Of a stretch of DNA of 64,000 nt, positions 10,217 through 19,922 are shown in pieces (position 1 is the stretch's first letter; each line of letters opens with the position of its first letter). The stretch comes from a bacterium. Its GTDB lineage: Bacteria; Zixibacteria; MSB-5A5; GN15; FEB-12. The DNA lies in contig JBDRNJ010000068.1 of NCBI GenBank assembly GCA_043811375.1, positions 1 through 64,000 on the forward strand, written 5' to 3'. A program made the position numbers and the translations under genes. Under the pieces are notes generated by a model that saw nothing but the letters and a program-made list of their open reading frames with translations, was not told the DNA's origin and ran no database searches.

Positions 10217-10522
10217 TTAGTACGACTTGCGGTAGCCTTTGTTACCGCCGCCACCGCCGCGGTTACCGCCACCGCCATCGGCGCGTGGTTTCGCTTCGTT
10301 GACATTCAACGCGCGTCCATTCAAATCCTGGCCATTAAGGCCACTAATGGCTGCCATAGCCTCGTCCTTTGACGACATCTCCACAAACGCAAAACCTCTT
10401 GGCTCTCCGCTGTACTTGTCCTTGATGATGTTGACGGTTGAGACTTCACCAAAACCCTCAAAGGCCTGGCGTAACTGATCTTCTGTCGTATCAAACGACA
10501 TGTTTCCGATGTAGATATTCAT
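10217..10522 (-). CDS. RNA recognition motif (RRM) RNA-binding protein with Gly-rich tail
   Basis: RNP2 IYIGNM, RNP1 RGFAFVEM, L.VNEAKPR and GGGG tail. Confidence 0.95.
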   Translation of the reverse strand: MNIYIGNMSFDTTEDQLRQAFEGFGEVSTVNIIKDKYSGEPRGFAFVEMSSKDEAMAAISGLNGQDLNGRALNVNEAKPRADGGGGNRGGGGGNKGYRKSY

Positions 10523-10752
10523 TCTACACTCCGTAAATGCTTATCCCGAAGTGGACTGCGTTCCTAAGAAGTCAGGTACTTCAAGATAAATGACGTGTTG
10601 CGCATGATTGCGCCATTAATTCAAGATTAAGCTTTAGCGGAGTGTTGTGGATTAGGACAAAACTACGAAAAGGCCGAACTCAAATCAATATTAACTACTC
10701 AGTATATCGGGTACTTTGGCTAAAACCTACGATTATTTTAAAAAAACGCAGT

Positions 10753-11973
10753 TTATTTTTCGGCCGGTGGCCCCGGCAGAATCTCGCTGAGAAATGAACG
10801 ACCCGGAAAAAGTTTACCGATCTCAAAAATTTCAGCCAGTGTCGCCGCTACATCGGCAAAGGTTTCCCGTACGCCCAGATTAACACCCGGCCGTACTCTC
10901 CGGCCGCAGACCAGCAAGGGAACATACTCTCGAGTATGATCGGTGTGGCGTTGACAGGTCGGGTCACAGCCGTGGTCGGCGGTAATAAGCAACAGGTCGT
11001 CATCGCGAAAATGCGGCAATAATTCACCCAACTGACGGTCGAACCGTTCCAGACCGGCGGCAAACCCGTCCGGGTCGCGGCGGTGTCCCCAGAGCATGTC
11101 AAAATCGGAAAGGTTGGTCACGGCCACGCTGTGCTCCCGATCGGTCCTCACAAAATCGTCCAGGGCCTGCATAATCCGGTCGTTGCCGGAGGCCTTGATT
11201 CTTGACGTCAGGCCACGTCCGGCATACAGGTCCCACACTTTTCCGATAGCTGCCGTCCTGATACCCAACCGTACCAGCTGATCCAGGACAGTATCACGTG
11301 GAGGTTCGAGTGAGAAATCCCGGCGACCGGCCGTGCGCACGAAACTGCCGACCAAACCGGTAAAGGGTCGTGCTATTACCCTGGCTACGGCCTGCTCGCC
11401 CGTGAGCAGTTCGCGGGCAATCCGACACAGCTCGTAAAGACGTTGGGGCGGACAGACGTCTTCGTGGGCAGCCATCTGCCACACCGAGTCGGCCGATGTA
11501 TACAGTATTATCCGACCGGTTCTGACATGATCTGTGCCCAGTTCCAGAATGATGTCAGTGCCGCTAGCGGCTCGATTGCCCACCACCCGCACCCCGGCTC
11601 GCCGTTCAAACTCGCGAACCAGTGATTTGGGAAACCCATCGGGGAAAACAGGAAACGGCTCCGGCAGAATCACTCCGGCAATCTCCCAGTGACCGGTAGT
11701 CGAGTCCTTGCCGGGCGATTGCTCAGCCATCTTCCCCCAACCGCAGCCGTAGTCCGACAACCTCCCGCCGCCCGACTGTAACTTCGGGACTCCGGCTATG
11801 TCGGCCAGATTGCCAAGTCCCATACGTCCCAGGTGAGGCAGGCACAGACCGCCCGTTGCCTGCGCCACGTGGGGCAGCGTTGCCGTGTCGGTGTCGTTGT
11901 AATCGGAGGCGTCGGGCAATTCGCCGACACCGCAGCCATCTAATACCACCAGGATAATTCGTCGATAAACCAC
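10753..11973 (-). CDS. deoB: Phosphopentomutase
   Basis: Motifs LDG.G.G..PDA, GKDSTTGHWE, YTSADSV, RVIARPF, GHRRD, TADHGCDP and HTREYVP. Confidence 0.95.
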   Translation of the reverse strand: MVYRRIILVVLDGCGVGELPDASDYNDTDTATLPHVAQATGGLCLPHLGRMGLGNLADIAGVPKLQSGGGRLSDYGCGWGKMAEQSPGKDSTTGHWEIAGVILPEPFPVFPDGFPKSLVREFERRAGVRVVGNRAASGTDIILELGTDHVRTGRIILYTSADSVWQMAAHEDVCPPQRLYELCRIARELLTGEQAVARVIARPFTGLVGSFVRTAGRRDFSLEPPRDTVLDQLVRLGIRTAAIGKVWDLYAGRGLTSRIKASGNDRIMQALDDFVRTDREHSVAVTNLSDFDMLWGHRRDPDGFAAGLERFDRQLGELLPHFRDDDLLLITADHGCDPTCQRHTDHTREYVPLLVCGRRVRPGVNLGVRETFADVAATLAEIFEIGKLFPGRSFLSEILPGPPAEK

Positions 11974-12071
11974 AATCGCAATTTAAGTATGAACCCACTG
12001 GCTGCAAATACGAATCTGGGATTGTTCGGCCAGAAATCCGGGGCAAGCCCCGGGCCACCCGGCAGATGTAG

Positions 12072-12105
12072 AAAGCGGCAGGAGGGGGGAGACCTGCCGC
12101 TTTTT
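12072..12105. terminator. Intrinsic terminator hairpin downstream of the ECF operon
   Basis: AAAGCGGCAGG...CCTGCCGCTTTTT. Confidence 0.6.
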
Positions 12106-12134
12106 GGGTTTCTGCTGCCGCACCCGGTACGCGG

Positions 12135-12989
12135 TTAGTGCGTCAGGCTGTCGACAACAGAACGTTCTTTCAGTGCGAACTCTATATCCAGTTCAACCGT
12201 TTCCCGATACTCTTTGGTTTCTTCGGTGCAGGTTGTCGTACGTTCGCGGTCAATCGTCCAGCGCTCGCGTTGTAAAACGACCAGTCCCTCTCTGTACGCG
12301 AAATAAAACACTCCTGAAGAACTGATGCGATCCAGCCCGGATCGCTGCACCGAATCCTGTGGTTGGGATTCGATCGGCAGGACCATGTTACCTTCGCTTT
12401 CAATCACAGCGCAGTCATAACCGGCTTCACGCGCCAGGGACAGCACTGTATACGTCATTGAGGCTTCCATCGCTTCCCCGGGTAGAATCACCCTGGTAGT
12501 CTGGGTCCAGCTGTCTCCCGGCGACTGCTCCCGCGCGGGAAATACCGGCATCCCCTGTTCATAGAAGTTCTTGATATACTGGATGCTGGTATAACCCTCG
12601 TCACCGGTAAATTTGATATCCAGCACTTTCCCTCGCGGGCTGACCCGGAAAACCATCCGACGGTTTTGCTCGACCGTGTCGATTATGGTTGTATCCTCCT
12701 TGTTGGGCTTCTCAAAGACCCAGGTGGCAGACTCATCCACCTCGGCGGTACTGTCAGGGAAAACCTGCTTCACAAGTTGTTCGATTCTCACTTCAAATGA
12801 ACCGGTGCTCTCTTTGATCGTCGAATCAGCCTGCACGACCTGGCTTTTCCTTTTGGCAATCTGCAGATAGGCCAGCTTCGTCCCGGGCTCATACCGGTAG
12901 CGAAGCATTACTTTCTTTTCTCCCTGACTACAGCCTATCAGGAGAGAAAGGGCCATAATGGTAAGAATGGTGGCGGTTAGTCTTTTCAA
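12135..12989 (-). CDS. Hypothetical lipoprotein, beta-rich, in ECF sigma operon
   Basis: Lipobox LLIG-C, GAGGAG RBS, and motifs 'LRYRYEPG' and 'PGDSW' reminiscent of DUF6263-like proteins. Confidence 0.75.
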   Translation of the reverse strand: MKRLTATILTIMALSLLIGCSQGEKKVMLRYRYEPGTKLAYLQIAKRKSQVVQADSTIKESTGSFEVRIEQLVKQVFPDSTAEVDESATWVFEKPNKEDTTIIDTVEQNRRMVFRVSPRGKVLDIKFTGDEGYTSIQYIKNFYEQGMPVFPAREQSPGDSWTQTTRVILPGEAMEASMTYTVLSLAREAGYDCAVIESEGNMVLPIESQPQDSVQRSGLDRISSSGVFYFAYREGLVVLQRERWTIDRERTTTCTEETKEYRETVELDIEFALKERSVVDSLTH

Positions 12990-13023
12990 TATCGGTCTCC
13001 TCTCTCAATGACTTTCTCGGCGG

Positions 13024-13599
13024 TTATTTTTCGGCGGCCATCATCAGGTCCGGCAAACCATAGAACCGCCCCAGAAACCCCGGGGTGCCCATCAGCAGCA
13101 TGCCCCTGGCCAGGCGCATCTGTTCCTGGTGAGTTACCACCGGGCCGTGATCGGCAGCCAGTAATTCGCTGACGGGTGCTGTGGCCAGAATCGGCATCGC
13201 TGCTTGCCGAACGGCGGACAATTCCGGTTCCTGCCCGACTCCAATGAGGATTGCCGATACCAGGATTGAAAGCGAAGCCGCCAGGGACACCAGTGCCCGC
13301 ATCAGGGCACGACGCCCTTCACCGACACCGGCAACCGTCGTCTCGGACGGCTGCGATAAATAGGGGTGAACTTCGACCGTTCTGGCTCGAATCAGTTGTT
13401 CCGTCTGATGCCAGTACTCCCGGCCGGGGTCATGGCCCGGTATCCGTTGCATCAACTGCTTGAGTTGTCTTGCTTCGAGGAAACGCTGACGGCAACTGCG
13501 GCAACCATCCAGGTGCCCGGTCACAGCCTCAACTGTAACCTCCGGAAGTACCCCGTCAACGTAATCTTCAATCAACTCAAGCGCACACCGGCATGTCAT
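13024..13599 (-). CDS. Zinc-finger (zf-HC2) membrane anti-sigma factor
   Basis: HLDGCRSC (HxxxCxxC) and a single TM. Overlaps the sigma stop (ATGA). Confidence 0.85.
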   Translation of the reverse strand: MTCRCALELIEDYVDGVLPEVTVEAVTGHLDGCRSCRQRFLEARQLKQLMQRIPGHDPGREYWHQTEQLIRARTVEVHPYLSQPSETTVAGVGEGRRALMRALVSLAASLSILVSAILIGVGQEPELSAVRQAAMPILATAPVSELLAADHGPVVTHQEQMRLARGMLLMGTPGFLGRFYGLPDLMMAAEK

Positions 13600-14180
13600 T
13601 TTTGCTCCTCTCGTCTGCCTTTGAAGCGCTGTGTCAATATTTTCTTAAGTTTTCGGCGAGCTATGTGGAGATTCGAACGGACCGTTGCTTCGGGCGAATC
13701 AAGCGCCTCTGCTATCTCGGCCTTGCTGTAGCCTTCAATATCGTGAAGGATGGCCGTCAGCCGCTGGCGGGGCGGTAATCGCTCCAGGGCCTTTTTGATC
13801 TCCTCCATTAACTCTTTATTTTCGAAGTCCTCGCTGGGAGTCGCTATCCGACGTGACATATCCAATTGCACACTGCCCGGCAGACTCACCTGATCTGAGA
13901 TTCGAGTATGTCCCTTGCGCCGCCGCAGCAGGTCGATCGAGTAGTTACCGGCAATCCTCAGCAGGAACGTCGAAAAGTATTTTACATCCCTCAACTCCTT
14001 ACGTTTCTTGTAGATGCGCACAAAAGTCTCTTGCACGACCTCGTCGGCATCAAGATGATTTCCTAATACCTGGTATGCAAGAGAGTATATTTTCTTCTGA
14101 TACCTCCTGACCAGTTCAGTAAACGCCTCCTGGTCACCATCAACAAAGCTTTCTACCAATTCCGGGACAGTTTTAGTCAT
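13596..14180 (-). CDS. ECF RNA polymerase sigma-70 factor
   Basis: Region 2 (DADEVVQETF, FSTFLLRIA.N) and region 4 (LPPRQR...EGYSKAEIAEAL...TVRSNL). Confidence 0.95.
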   Translation of the reverse strand: MTKTVPELVESFVDGDQEAFTELVRRYQKKIYSLAYQVLGNHLDADEVVQETFVRIYKKRKELRDVKYFSTFLLRIAGNYSIDLLRRRKGHTRISDQVSLPGSVQLDMSRRIATPSEDFENKELMEEIKKALERLPPRQRLTAILHDIEGYSKAEIAEALDSPEATVRSNLHIARRKLKKILTQRFKGRREEQK

Positions 14181-14207
14181 ACCCCGTACAGGCCTTTTGT
14201 GATTGTA

Positions 14208-14234
14208 TAGACGAACGGACGGGGCATCTGTTTA
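14208..14234 (-). promoter_or_regulatory. Putative autoregulated ECF promoter
   Basis: Minus strand TAAAC-N16-CGTCTA, matching the common ECF AAC/CGT architecture. Confidence 0.6.
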
Positions 14235-14347
14235 ACCTTCCGGGCAAAAAAAAACAGGTTGACGGTGTCCGTCAGTCACCTTATGGTAACCCTTAAAGGT
14301 TGTCAAACTTTTTTTTGCACAACGAGTTATAGGAACAGACAACCGGC

Positions 14348-15733
14348 GTGACAGAAAATTTTATCCGCAATCACAGATACAAGTTCTTTACCGTCGGGGC
14401 TATTGGAACTTTCATGGCTACGCTCGACAGTTCCATCCTTAACGTAGCCTTGCCGACCATTGCCGGTGACCTGAACTGCAGTATCAATACAGTTGCCTGG
14501 GTGGTGCTGTCATACACCCTGACTCTGGTTTCACTGCTTCTGATTTTTGGTGCCTGGACAGAGCGCCGGGGCTACGATTTCGCCTATCGGTTCGGTTACA
14601 CTTTCTTCCTGGCCGGCTCACTGTTGTGTGTGCTCAGTTGGTCTGTCTATTCGTTGATAGCGGGCCGTATTATTCAGGCTATCGGAACTTCCATGTTTCA
14701 GGCGGTCGGTATTGGGATGGTAGCCGAAGTCTTCCCGGAGGGTGAAAGGGGCAAGGGGATCGGGCTGATGGTCATGATGGTCTCATCAGGTTTGATGGCC
14801 GGTCCGCCACTGGGTGGCCTGCTGTTGCAGTTTTTCCCCTGGCAGTCGATATTCGTCATCAACCTGCCGATTGGTCTGTTTGGTCTGGCGCTGACGTTTC
14901 TGTACTTCCGGCTGTTGCCTCGCCGCGTCAGCCACCGAAAGGTGCCCCTGGCACCGGGCATTGCCATTTCGCTGGCCCTGTTCGCCGGGATTTTTGCTCT
15001 GTCACTTGTCAGTGACTACGGGCCGACCGATATCCGGGTCCTGCTGATCGCTGCCGTTGCGATAGCAGCATTACTGATTTTTCTCCGTTTCGAATCCAAT
15101 CCCGACAGAGCTCTTATCGGCCTCAGCCTGTTTAAGAACCCTCGGTTCACTGTCGCCCTGATGGCCGCTATCCTTATGTTTGTCGCTATGGCTTCGGTAA
15201 TGATTCTGCTGCCGTTTTACCTGGAAAGGGTAAGAGGATACGAACCGGGAGAAGTGGGGATGTTTCTGGTCATCCTGCCGCTGTTAATGTTTGTGCTGGC
15301 GCCACTGGCTGGTCGGTTGTCGGACAAGATCGGGTTTCGGTTTCTCACCAGCTTCGGTATGGCTACCCTGGCCAGTGGCCTGTTACTCCTGTCAGGCGTG
15401 GGAGTCCAGACCGGCGCCGGTTACCTGGTATTGTCGATTGTGGTCATGGGCAGCGGCGTGGCGATATTTAACACGCCCAACTCCTCAGCAATGATGGGTG
15501 CCGTGACCCCTCAACAGCGAGCCATAACATCCGGTATCGTCTCCACCGCCCGCAACGTGGGCATGTCGACCGGTGTCGCCTTGGGCACCGCTTTGTTTGC
15601 ATACTGGTATACACAATCAGGCGATCCGGTCGCCGACAGCCTGGCCTTTGTAGCCAGTTACCGGCAGGTAATGTATGTGGCTGTCACCGTATCGGTGGCG
15701 GGTTTACTGTTTTGCCTCGGTCGCCGAAAGTAA
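14348..15733 (+). CDS. MFS transporter, DHA2/EmrB-QacA-like
   Basis: Motifs FMATLDSSILNVALPTIA, W.SIFVINLPIG and GRLSDKIG.R; about 14 TMs. Confidence 0.92.
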   Translation: MTENFIRNHRYKFFTVGAIGTFMATLDSSILNVALPTIAGDLNCSINTVAWVVLSYTLTLVSLLLIFGAWTERRGYDFAYRFGYTFFLAGSLLCVLSWSVYSLIAGRIIQAIGTSMFQAVGIGMVAEVFPEGERGKGIGLMVMMVSSGLMAGPPLGGLLLQFFPWQSIFVINLPIGLFGLALTFLYFRLLPRRVSHRKVPLAPGIAISLALFAGIFALSLVSDYGPTDIRVLLIAAVAIAALLIFLRFESNPDRALIGLSLFKNPRFTVALMAAILMFVAMASVMILLPFYLERVRGYEPGEVGMFLVILPLLMFVLAPLAGRLSDKIGFRFLTSFGMATLASGLLLLSGVGVQTGAGYLVLSIVVMGSGVAIFNTPNSSAMMGAVTPQQRAITSGIVSTARNVGMSTGVALGTALFAYWYTQSGDPVADSLAFVASYRQVMYVAVTVSVAGLLFCLGRRK

Positions 15734-15755
15734 CGCAGCTTGCCTGAATAATTCA

Positions 15756-15784
15756 TTGACAGTTTCCGAAGAGATAAGTATACT
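15756..15784 (+). promoter_or_regulatory. Sigma70 promoter of tRNA-Ala
   Basis: TTGACA-N17-TATACT. Confidence 0.8.
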
Positions 15785-15799
15785 GCGCCGCCTGAATAT

Positions 15800-15875
15800 G
15801 GGGCCATAGCTCAGTTGGGAGAGCGCTTGACTGGCAGTCAAGAGGTCAGGGGTTCGACCCCCCTTGGCTCCACCA
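15800..15875 (+). tRNA. tRNA-Ala (GGC)
   Basis: GGGGCCATAGCTCAG..., anticodon arm CTTGA-CT-GGC-AG-TCAAG, GGTTCGA T-loop and encoded CCA; 76 nt. Confidence 0.98.
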
Positions 15876-15882
15876 AATTATC

Positions 15883-15919
15883 AACTCCTGCGCGTCGGTC
15901 TTGATTCGCAGGAGTTTTT
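15883..15919 (+). terminator. Intrinsic terminator after tRNA
   Basis: AACTCCTGCG...CGCAGGAGTTTTT. Confidence 0.7.
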
Positions 15920-15928
15920 CTTAGATCC

Positions 15929-16155
15929 AGTAGGTCGGCGTTCCGAGTGAGTCCGGCGTCAGACGGACGAATGAGAAACCCGACATCTCTCTGGTGGGGT
16001 GGGGTCTTGTCAAACTATTGTTGGGTTTCGCGGTCGCCAGGGGCTCCCTGGGAACACCGACCTACAGGAACTGGGAAGGTCTCGCAGAGACCTGCCTGTG
16101 AACATATCGTTTGCAATATAGGCGGTGGTAGGTCCGTGCCGGGCCTTCCCTACAA
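15929..16155. repeat. Cluster of GTAG-type REP-like hairpins
   Basis: GTAGGTCGGCGTTCC...GGAACACCGACCTAC inverted pair, plus GGTAGGTCCGTGCCGGGCCTTCCCTAC. Confidence 0.55.
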
Positions 16156-16262
16156 TTACTGGTGCATGACTCCGTTGGGAAAAAAGCTGGCTGGCTGTTG
16201 TTGTCTATGGTAATTTATGGAGTTACAGACCATTACGGGGAAACTGATATAAGGAGGTAGCC

Positions 16263-16559
16263 ATGAAGACGTTCGTTCTGATGACAAAGCTGTCACCGGA
16301 AGTGACCTCGAAGATGAAGGACCGGGCCTCGATAGGTCGCGCTTGGCTGGAGCAGGTGAAAGAGAAGTGCCCTCAAGTCAAATTCGTGAGTCATTACGGT
16401 CTGTTAGGCAAGTACGATTTTATGGACATTTATGAAGCTCCCGATGAAGAGGTCGCCGCCAAGGTCTCGATGATCAGCCTGGCCAACGGCGCCACGCAGG
16501 CGGAGAGCTGGATCGCCATTCCCTACAAACGGATTGTCGAACTGGCCCAGGAAATCTGA
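16263..16559 (+). CDS. GYD domain-containing protein
   Basis: LLGKYDFMDIYEAPDEE motif, AAGGAGG RBS, 98 aa. Confidence 0.85.
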   Translation: MKTFVLMTKLSPEVTSKMKDRASIGRAWLEQVKEKCPQVKFVSHYGLLGKYDFMDIYEAPDEEVAAKVSMISLANGATQAESWIAIPYKRIVELAQEI

Positions 16560-16627
16560 CCGGCGATTTTGGTTGACTGCAGACGGTTTGGGAGGCAGCG
16601 ACAGAAGATACATAGTTCGTCACGAGG

Positions 16628-16825
16628 TGCTGTCGGGTGACTCTGCCCGACAGCTCTAAATACTACGCAAAACGAACTTGCATGAGAAAGGCGTCAGGCA
16701 GAGTCGCCTGACGCCACCCTCGGAACAAGACAATTCAGACTTATGTCGCAGGCATTTTGGGAGGTTGTCCCGGGGGGAGGTGACGAATATATCCCGCGCT
16801 GGGTGGGAGCCGGTTACCCGACAGT
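16628..16825. repeat. REP-like hairpin cluster between convergent genes
   Basis: GCTGTCGGG-TGACTCTG-CCCGACAGC and GGCGTCAGGC-AGAGTC-GCCTGACGCC. Confidence 0.6.
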
Positions 16826-16830
16826 AAACC

Positions 16831-18531
16831 TTACTTCAGTACCCCACTGAAATAAACCACAGCCACTGCGATCGCGATCAAGCCAAAGGCTAAGAGGAAA
16901 TAAGCCCACAGAGGCACCGGTTTCCGGCCGGCCGGCTGCTGTGATTTCGGCGCTGTCTTGCGGGAGGAGGTTTCCCGACGGCGTTGCTGGAAAGAATCAT
17001 AGTCCTGGATGAATTCCTCGCAGGTCTGGTAGCGGCGAGCCACCCGGATCGCCAGCAGCTTTGACATCATCGTTTGTATATCTTCCGGCAGATTCATTCG
17101 CACGTCGTCCAGCAGCAGATTGTCGGCTCCATCGTAGCCGGGGTTGCGACCGGTAAGCATCTGGTGCAGAATGATCCCCATGCCATAGATATCACCGACC
17201 TTTGATTTCTTGCGCTCCGGCGGTCCGTACCAGTTCCGTTTGCGGGGACCTTCGTAGTGAGACGGCATCCCAAAATCGGAGAGTTTAACGGTCTCGTCAG
17301 CATTGAAGAGTATATTGGAAGGCCGCAGGTTGCCGTGCAGGATATTATTCTTGTGAGCGAAATCCAGCCCCGTTGCGACTTCGGTGATGATATCCATCCC
17401 TTTGCGCCATTCGTGCTTGCGCGCCATCCGGTCGGCCAGCGAACCTCCCTGGGCATATTCCGAAACCACCACCGTTGATTTGCGGTCTCCACCGGCGCCG
17501 TGAATGTTGATGATATTTTTGTGCTTCAGTGACGTCAGCAGGGTGGCCTCTTTGCGGCCAACTTCTCCTTTGCTGTGTTTCTTGATAACATACAGTCTCT
17601 TGTTCAGTCGGTTTTCCACCAGAATGGTGGTGCCGAAGCGGGTTTCTTTGATCGTATCGAGGTGGCGGCACTTACCCATAAACGAATCGTCACCGCCCAG
17701 AGAGAAGTCGTGGCTGGGAGCGGCATCGACCTCGCCATTCATAGCCTCCAGCACGGCATCCTTAAGTTGCACCGCCGTTTGATAACGATCTTTGGCTTCC
17801 TGCGCCATACACTTCAGGACGATCCGATCAAACTCGCTGCTGATATTGGGGTTGATCTCGGAAGGGACTTTGAAATGGCCAAAGGGTTTCTTCTGCACCA
17901 GTATCTCGTACAGGATGACCCCCATCGCATAGATGTCGGTGGTCTGATCGACATTGGTGGAACTGACTTTCTGCTCGGGCGACATATATGACAGAGTGCC
18001 CAAGACCACGTCGAAGGCGGTGGTTTCGCCATCGGGGGTACCCACAATCTGAGCAATACCGAAATCCGCTACCAGGGCGTTTCCCTGGCGATCAATGAGG
18101 ATATTGGCGGGTTTGATGTCGCGGTGAATAACCCCGTTTTTGTGGGCGTAGTCCAGAGCCTTGCAGACCTGGACAATCATTTCCAGCTTGGTTTTTAGCG
18201 GTATGCGGTCGGAGTCGATCACTTCCCGCAATGAGGGACCGTCGATATACTCCATCACGAAATAGTACCGTCCGCCGGTCGAGCCTTTGTCGATGACGTG
18301 GACGATATTAGGATGATTCAGCCTGGCTATGACCAGTGATTCTCTTTCAAACCTCCGCACGATATCGGGATCGGTTGAGAGTTTGGTAGAGAGAATCTTG
18401 ATCGCCACGTCGCGATCTAGCGATTCCTGGCGACCTTTGTAAATCTCGGCGATACCACCCTGACCGATTTTGCCGGTCAACAGGTAATCGCCAAATCTAA
18501 CCGTCGGTTTTGCTTTAACCGTTTGTACCAT
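16831..18531 (-). CDS. Hanks-type Ser/Thr kinase with second degenerate kinase domain and C-terminal TM anchor
   Basis: Domain 1: GQGG, VAIK, HRDIKPAN, DFG, YMSPEQ. Domain 2: VIKK, HGNLRPSN, DFG, WYGPPE. Hydrophobic C-terminus. Confidence 0.92.
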   Translation of the reverse strand: MVQTVKAKPTVRFGDYLLTGKIGQGGIAEIYKGRQESLDRDVAIKILSTKLSTDPDIVRRFERESLVIARLNHPNIVHVIDKGSTGGRYYFVMEYIDGPSLREVIDSDRIPLKTKLEMIVQVCKALDYAHKNGVIHRDIKPANILIDRQGNALVADFGIAQIVGTPDGETTAFDVVLGTLSYMSPEQKVSSTNVDQTTDIYAMGVILYEILVQKKPFGHFKVPSEINPNISSEFDRIVLKCMAQEAKDRYQTAVQLKDAVLEAMNGEVDAAPSHDFSLGGDDSFMGKCRHLDTIKETRFGTTILVENRLNKRLYVIKKHSKGEVGRKEATLLTSLKHKNIINIHGAGGDRKSTVVVSEYAQGGSLADRMARKHEWRKGMDIITEVATGLDFAHKNNILHGNLRPSNILFNADETVKLSDFGMPSHYEGPRKRNWYGPPERKKSKVGDIYGMGIILHQMLTGRNPGYDGADNLLLDDVRMNLPEDIQTMMSKLLAIRVARRYQTCEEFIQDYDSFQQRRRETSSRKTAPKSQQPAGRKPVPLWAYFLLAFGLIAIAVAVVYFSGVLK

Positions 18532-18549
18532 AGCCCAAACCTATCTCCC

Positions 18550-18591
18550 CAAAACAAACAGGGACAGCCGATAATGACGGCTATCCCTGTT
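18550..18591 (-). terminator. Terminator-like hairpin after cohesin-T9SS gene
   Basis: AACAGGGATAGCCG...CGGCTGTCCCTGTTTGTTTT on the minus strand. Confidence 0.55.
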
Positions 18592-18616
18592 AGAATCGGC
18601 AGATCGGGCCAATCGT

Positions 18617-19474
18617 TTATTTGATAAGGACCATTTTTCGCGTCAGTTTGGATTCACCATGGCTGAGTCGATAGAAGTAAATACCGCTGGGGAGATTCTC
18701 GGCATCGAACCTTACCTGATGGCGGCCGGCACTCATTCGTCGATCGACCAGCGACCGCGCTTTTTGTCCCAGGATATTAAATACTTCCAGCTTTACATAT
18801 CCCGCCTGCGGCAGGACAAACTCAATCACTGTTGAGGGATTAAACGGGTTGGGGAAGTTCTGAGCCAGACTGAAGGAATTCGGCAGAGCCGGTTCACTTT
18901 TATCTTCGATACCGGTAGTCACCGTCACAACCACCTCTCCGGCCGCAAAGCCGGGTACATAGACTACGGTCCCGGTCTGATCGGTAGCATGAATCTTCTT
19001 CCACAGCCGAACCGCCGGTCCGCTGTCACCGGTGACGGAGTCAACACAGACGGAATCAATAGCTGCCACTGCCGGAGTTGCCCCCCCATCCACCGACACA
19101 AACAGCGTGGCCAGCAATCCGTCAGTGGTCAATACGGGAACCGGGTTGATGTATTGGGACAGATACGTGATGGTGACTTCCTGCGAGCTGTTGTCTATGG
19201 CGGCCAGGCCGTCAAAATCCAGAGGCAGGATCGAACCTGCAAACGAAACCGAATCGACCGTTAAGTCCGCCCCGCGAATACGCAGCGGTACCTCCAGAGC
19301 TGAAATGGCTGCATCATTGCCGCTGAGCCGCACACCCACGGCAACCTGCTGACCCGCCTCGGCAGCAACCGAGTCAACTGTGATAACACCCGAGTATGTC
19401 TGCCCCCAGGCGCCGGATGCCGTCAAAACAACAACCAGCGTCAGGACGAAGACCAATCGTGAGCTATGTATCAT
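18617..19474 (-). CDS. Secreted cohesin-like domain protein with T9SS type A C-terminal sorting domain
   Basis: AAGGAGG RBS before ATG 19474 and signal peptide ending AWG-Q. Cohesin-like pattern ITVDSVAAEAGQQVAVGVRL...LTVDSVSF...GLLATL.V...GEVVV. CTD LAQNFPNPFNP...SGIYFYRL...KMVLIK. Confidence 0.8.
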   Translation of the reverse strand: MIHSSRLVFVLTLVVVLTASGAWGQTYSGVITVDSVAAEAGQQVAVGVRLSGNDAAISALEVPLRIRGADLTVDSVSFAGSILPLDFDGLAAIDNSSQEVTITYLSQYINPVPVLTTDGLLATLFVSVDGGATPAVAAIDSVCVDSVTGDSGPAVRLWKKIHATDQTGTVVYVPGFAAGEVVVTVTTGIEDKSEPALPNSFSLAQNFPNPFNPSTVIEFVLPQAGYVKLEVFNILGQKARSLVDRRMSAGRHQVRFDAENLPSGIYFYRLSHGESKLTRKMVLIK

Positions 19475-19922
19475 AAAAACCCTCCTTATCATGGCCGACT
19501 GTCTGCTTCTGCCACTGGGGCAGGTACCGACAGCACAGCCCATTTCCGAAAACCTGTATTGCAACCGGTATGCCGCAGCTGAAAAAGCGGATTTACCTCA
19601 CCTGCATTATTGCCGACTCCACGTTTTTGTTGTTAACATATATATTGATAAGCATTTACGAATACCGATCTCTGTCTACACCAGAATCTTCCGAAGCCCG
19701 GAGTTCGATCAGGCTGACGGTATGTGTGCAACCGGTTGCCGATATCGGCAGTCACCTGCAGATTGACCTGTGGTGGTCGGCCAATGGGAGTTCCTGCAAC
19801 GACACGATCGGCAGCCACAAGGGGTAATTGTTGTCCCGGTGATCGCCGATAATTGAGATACGAATCAGTCGGCTCCAGGACACAACGTCCGGGGTCATGT
19901 CGAGTTTAGTAGGGAGTAAATT

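Noticed and set aside
16557..16650. UGA read-through (selenoprotein) at the GYD gene and other TGA-ending genes
   Set aside because: The proteins are already full length for their families, downstream frames are not protein-like, and the M28 TGA is followed directly by TAA.
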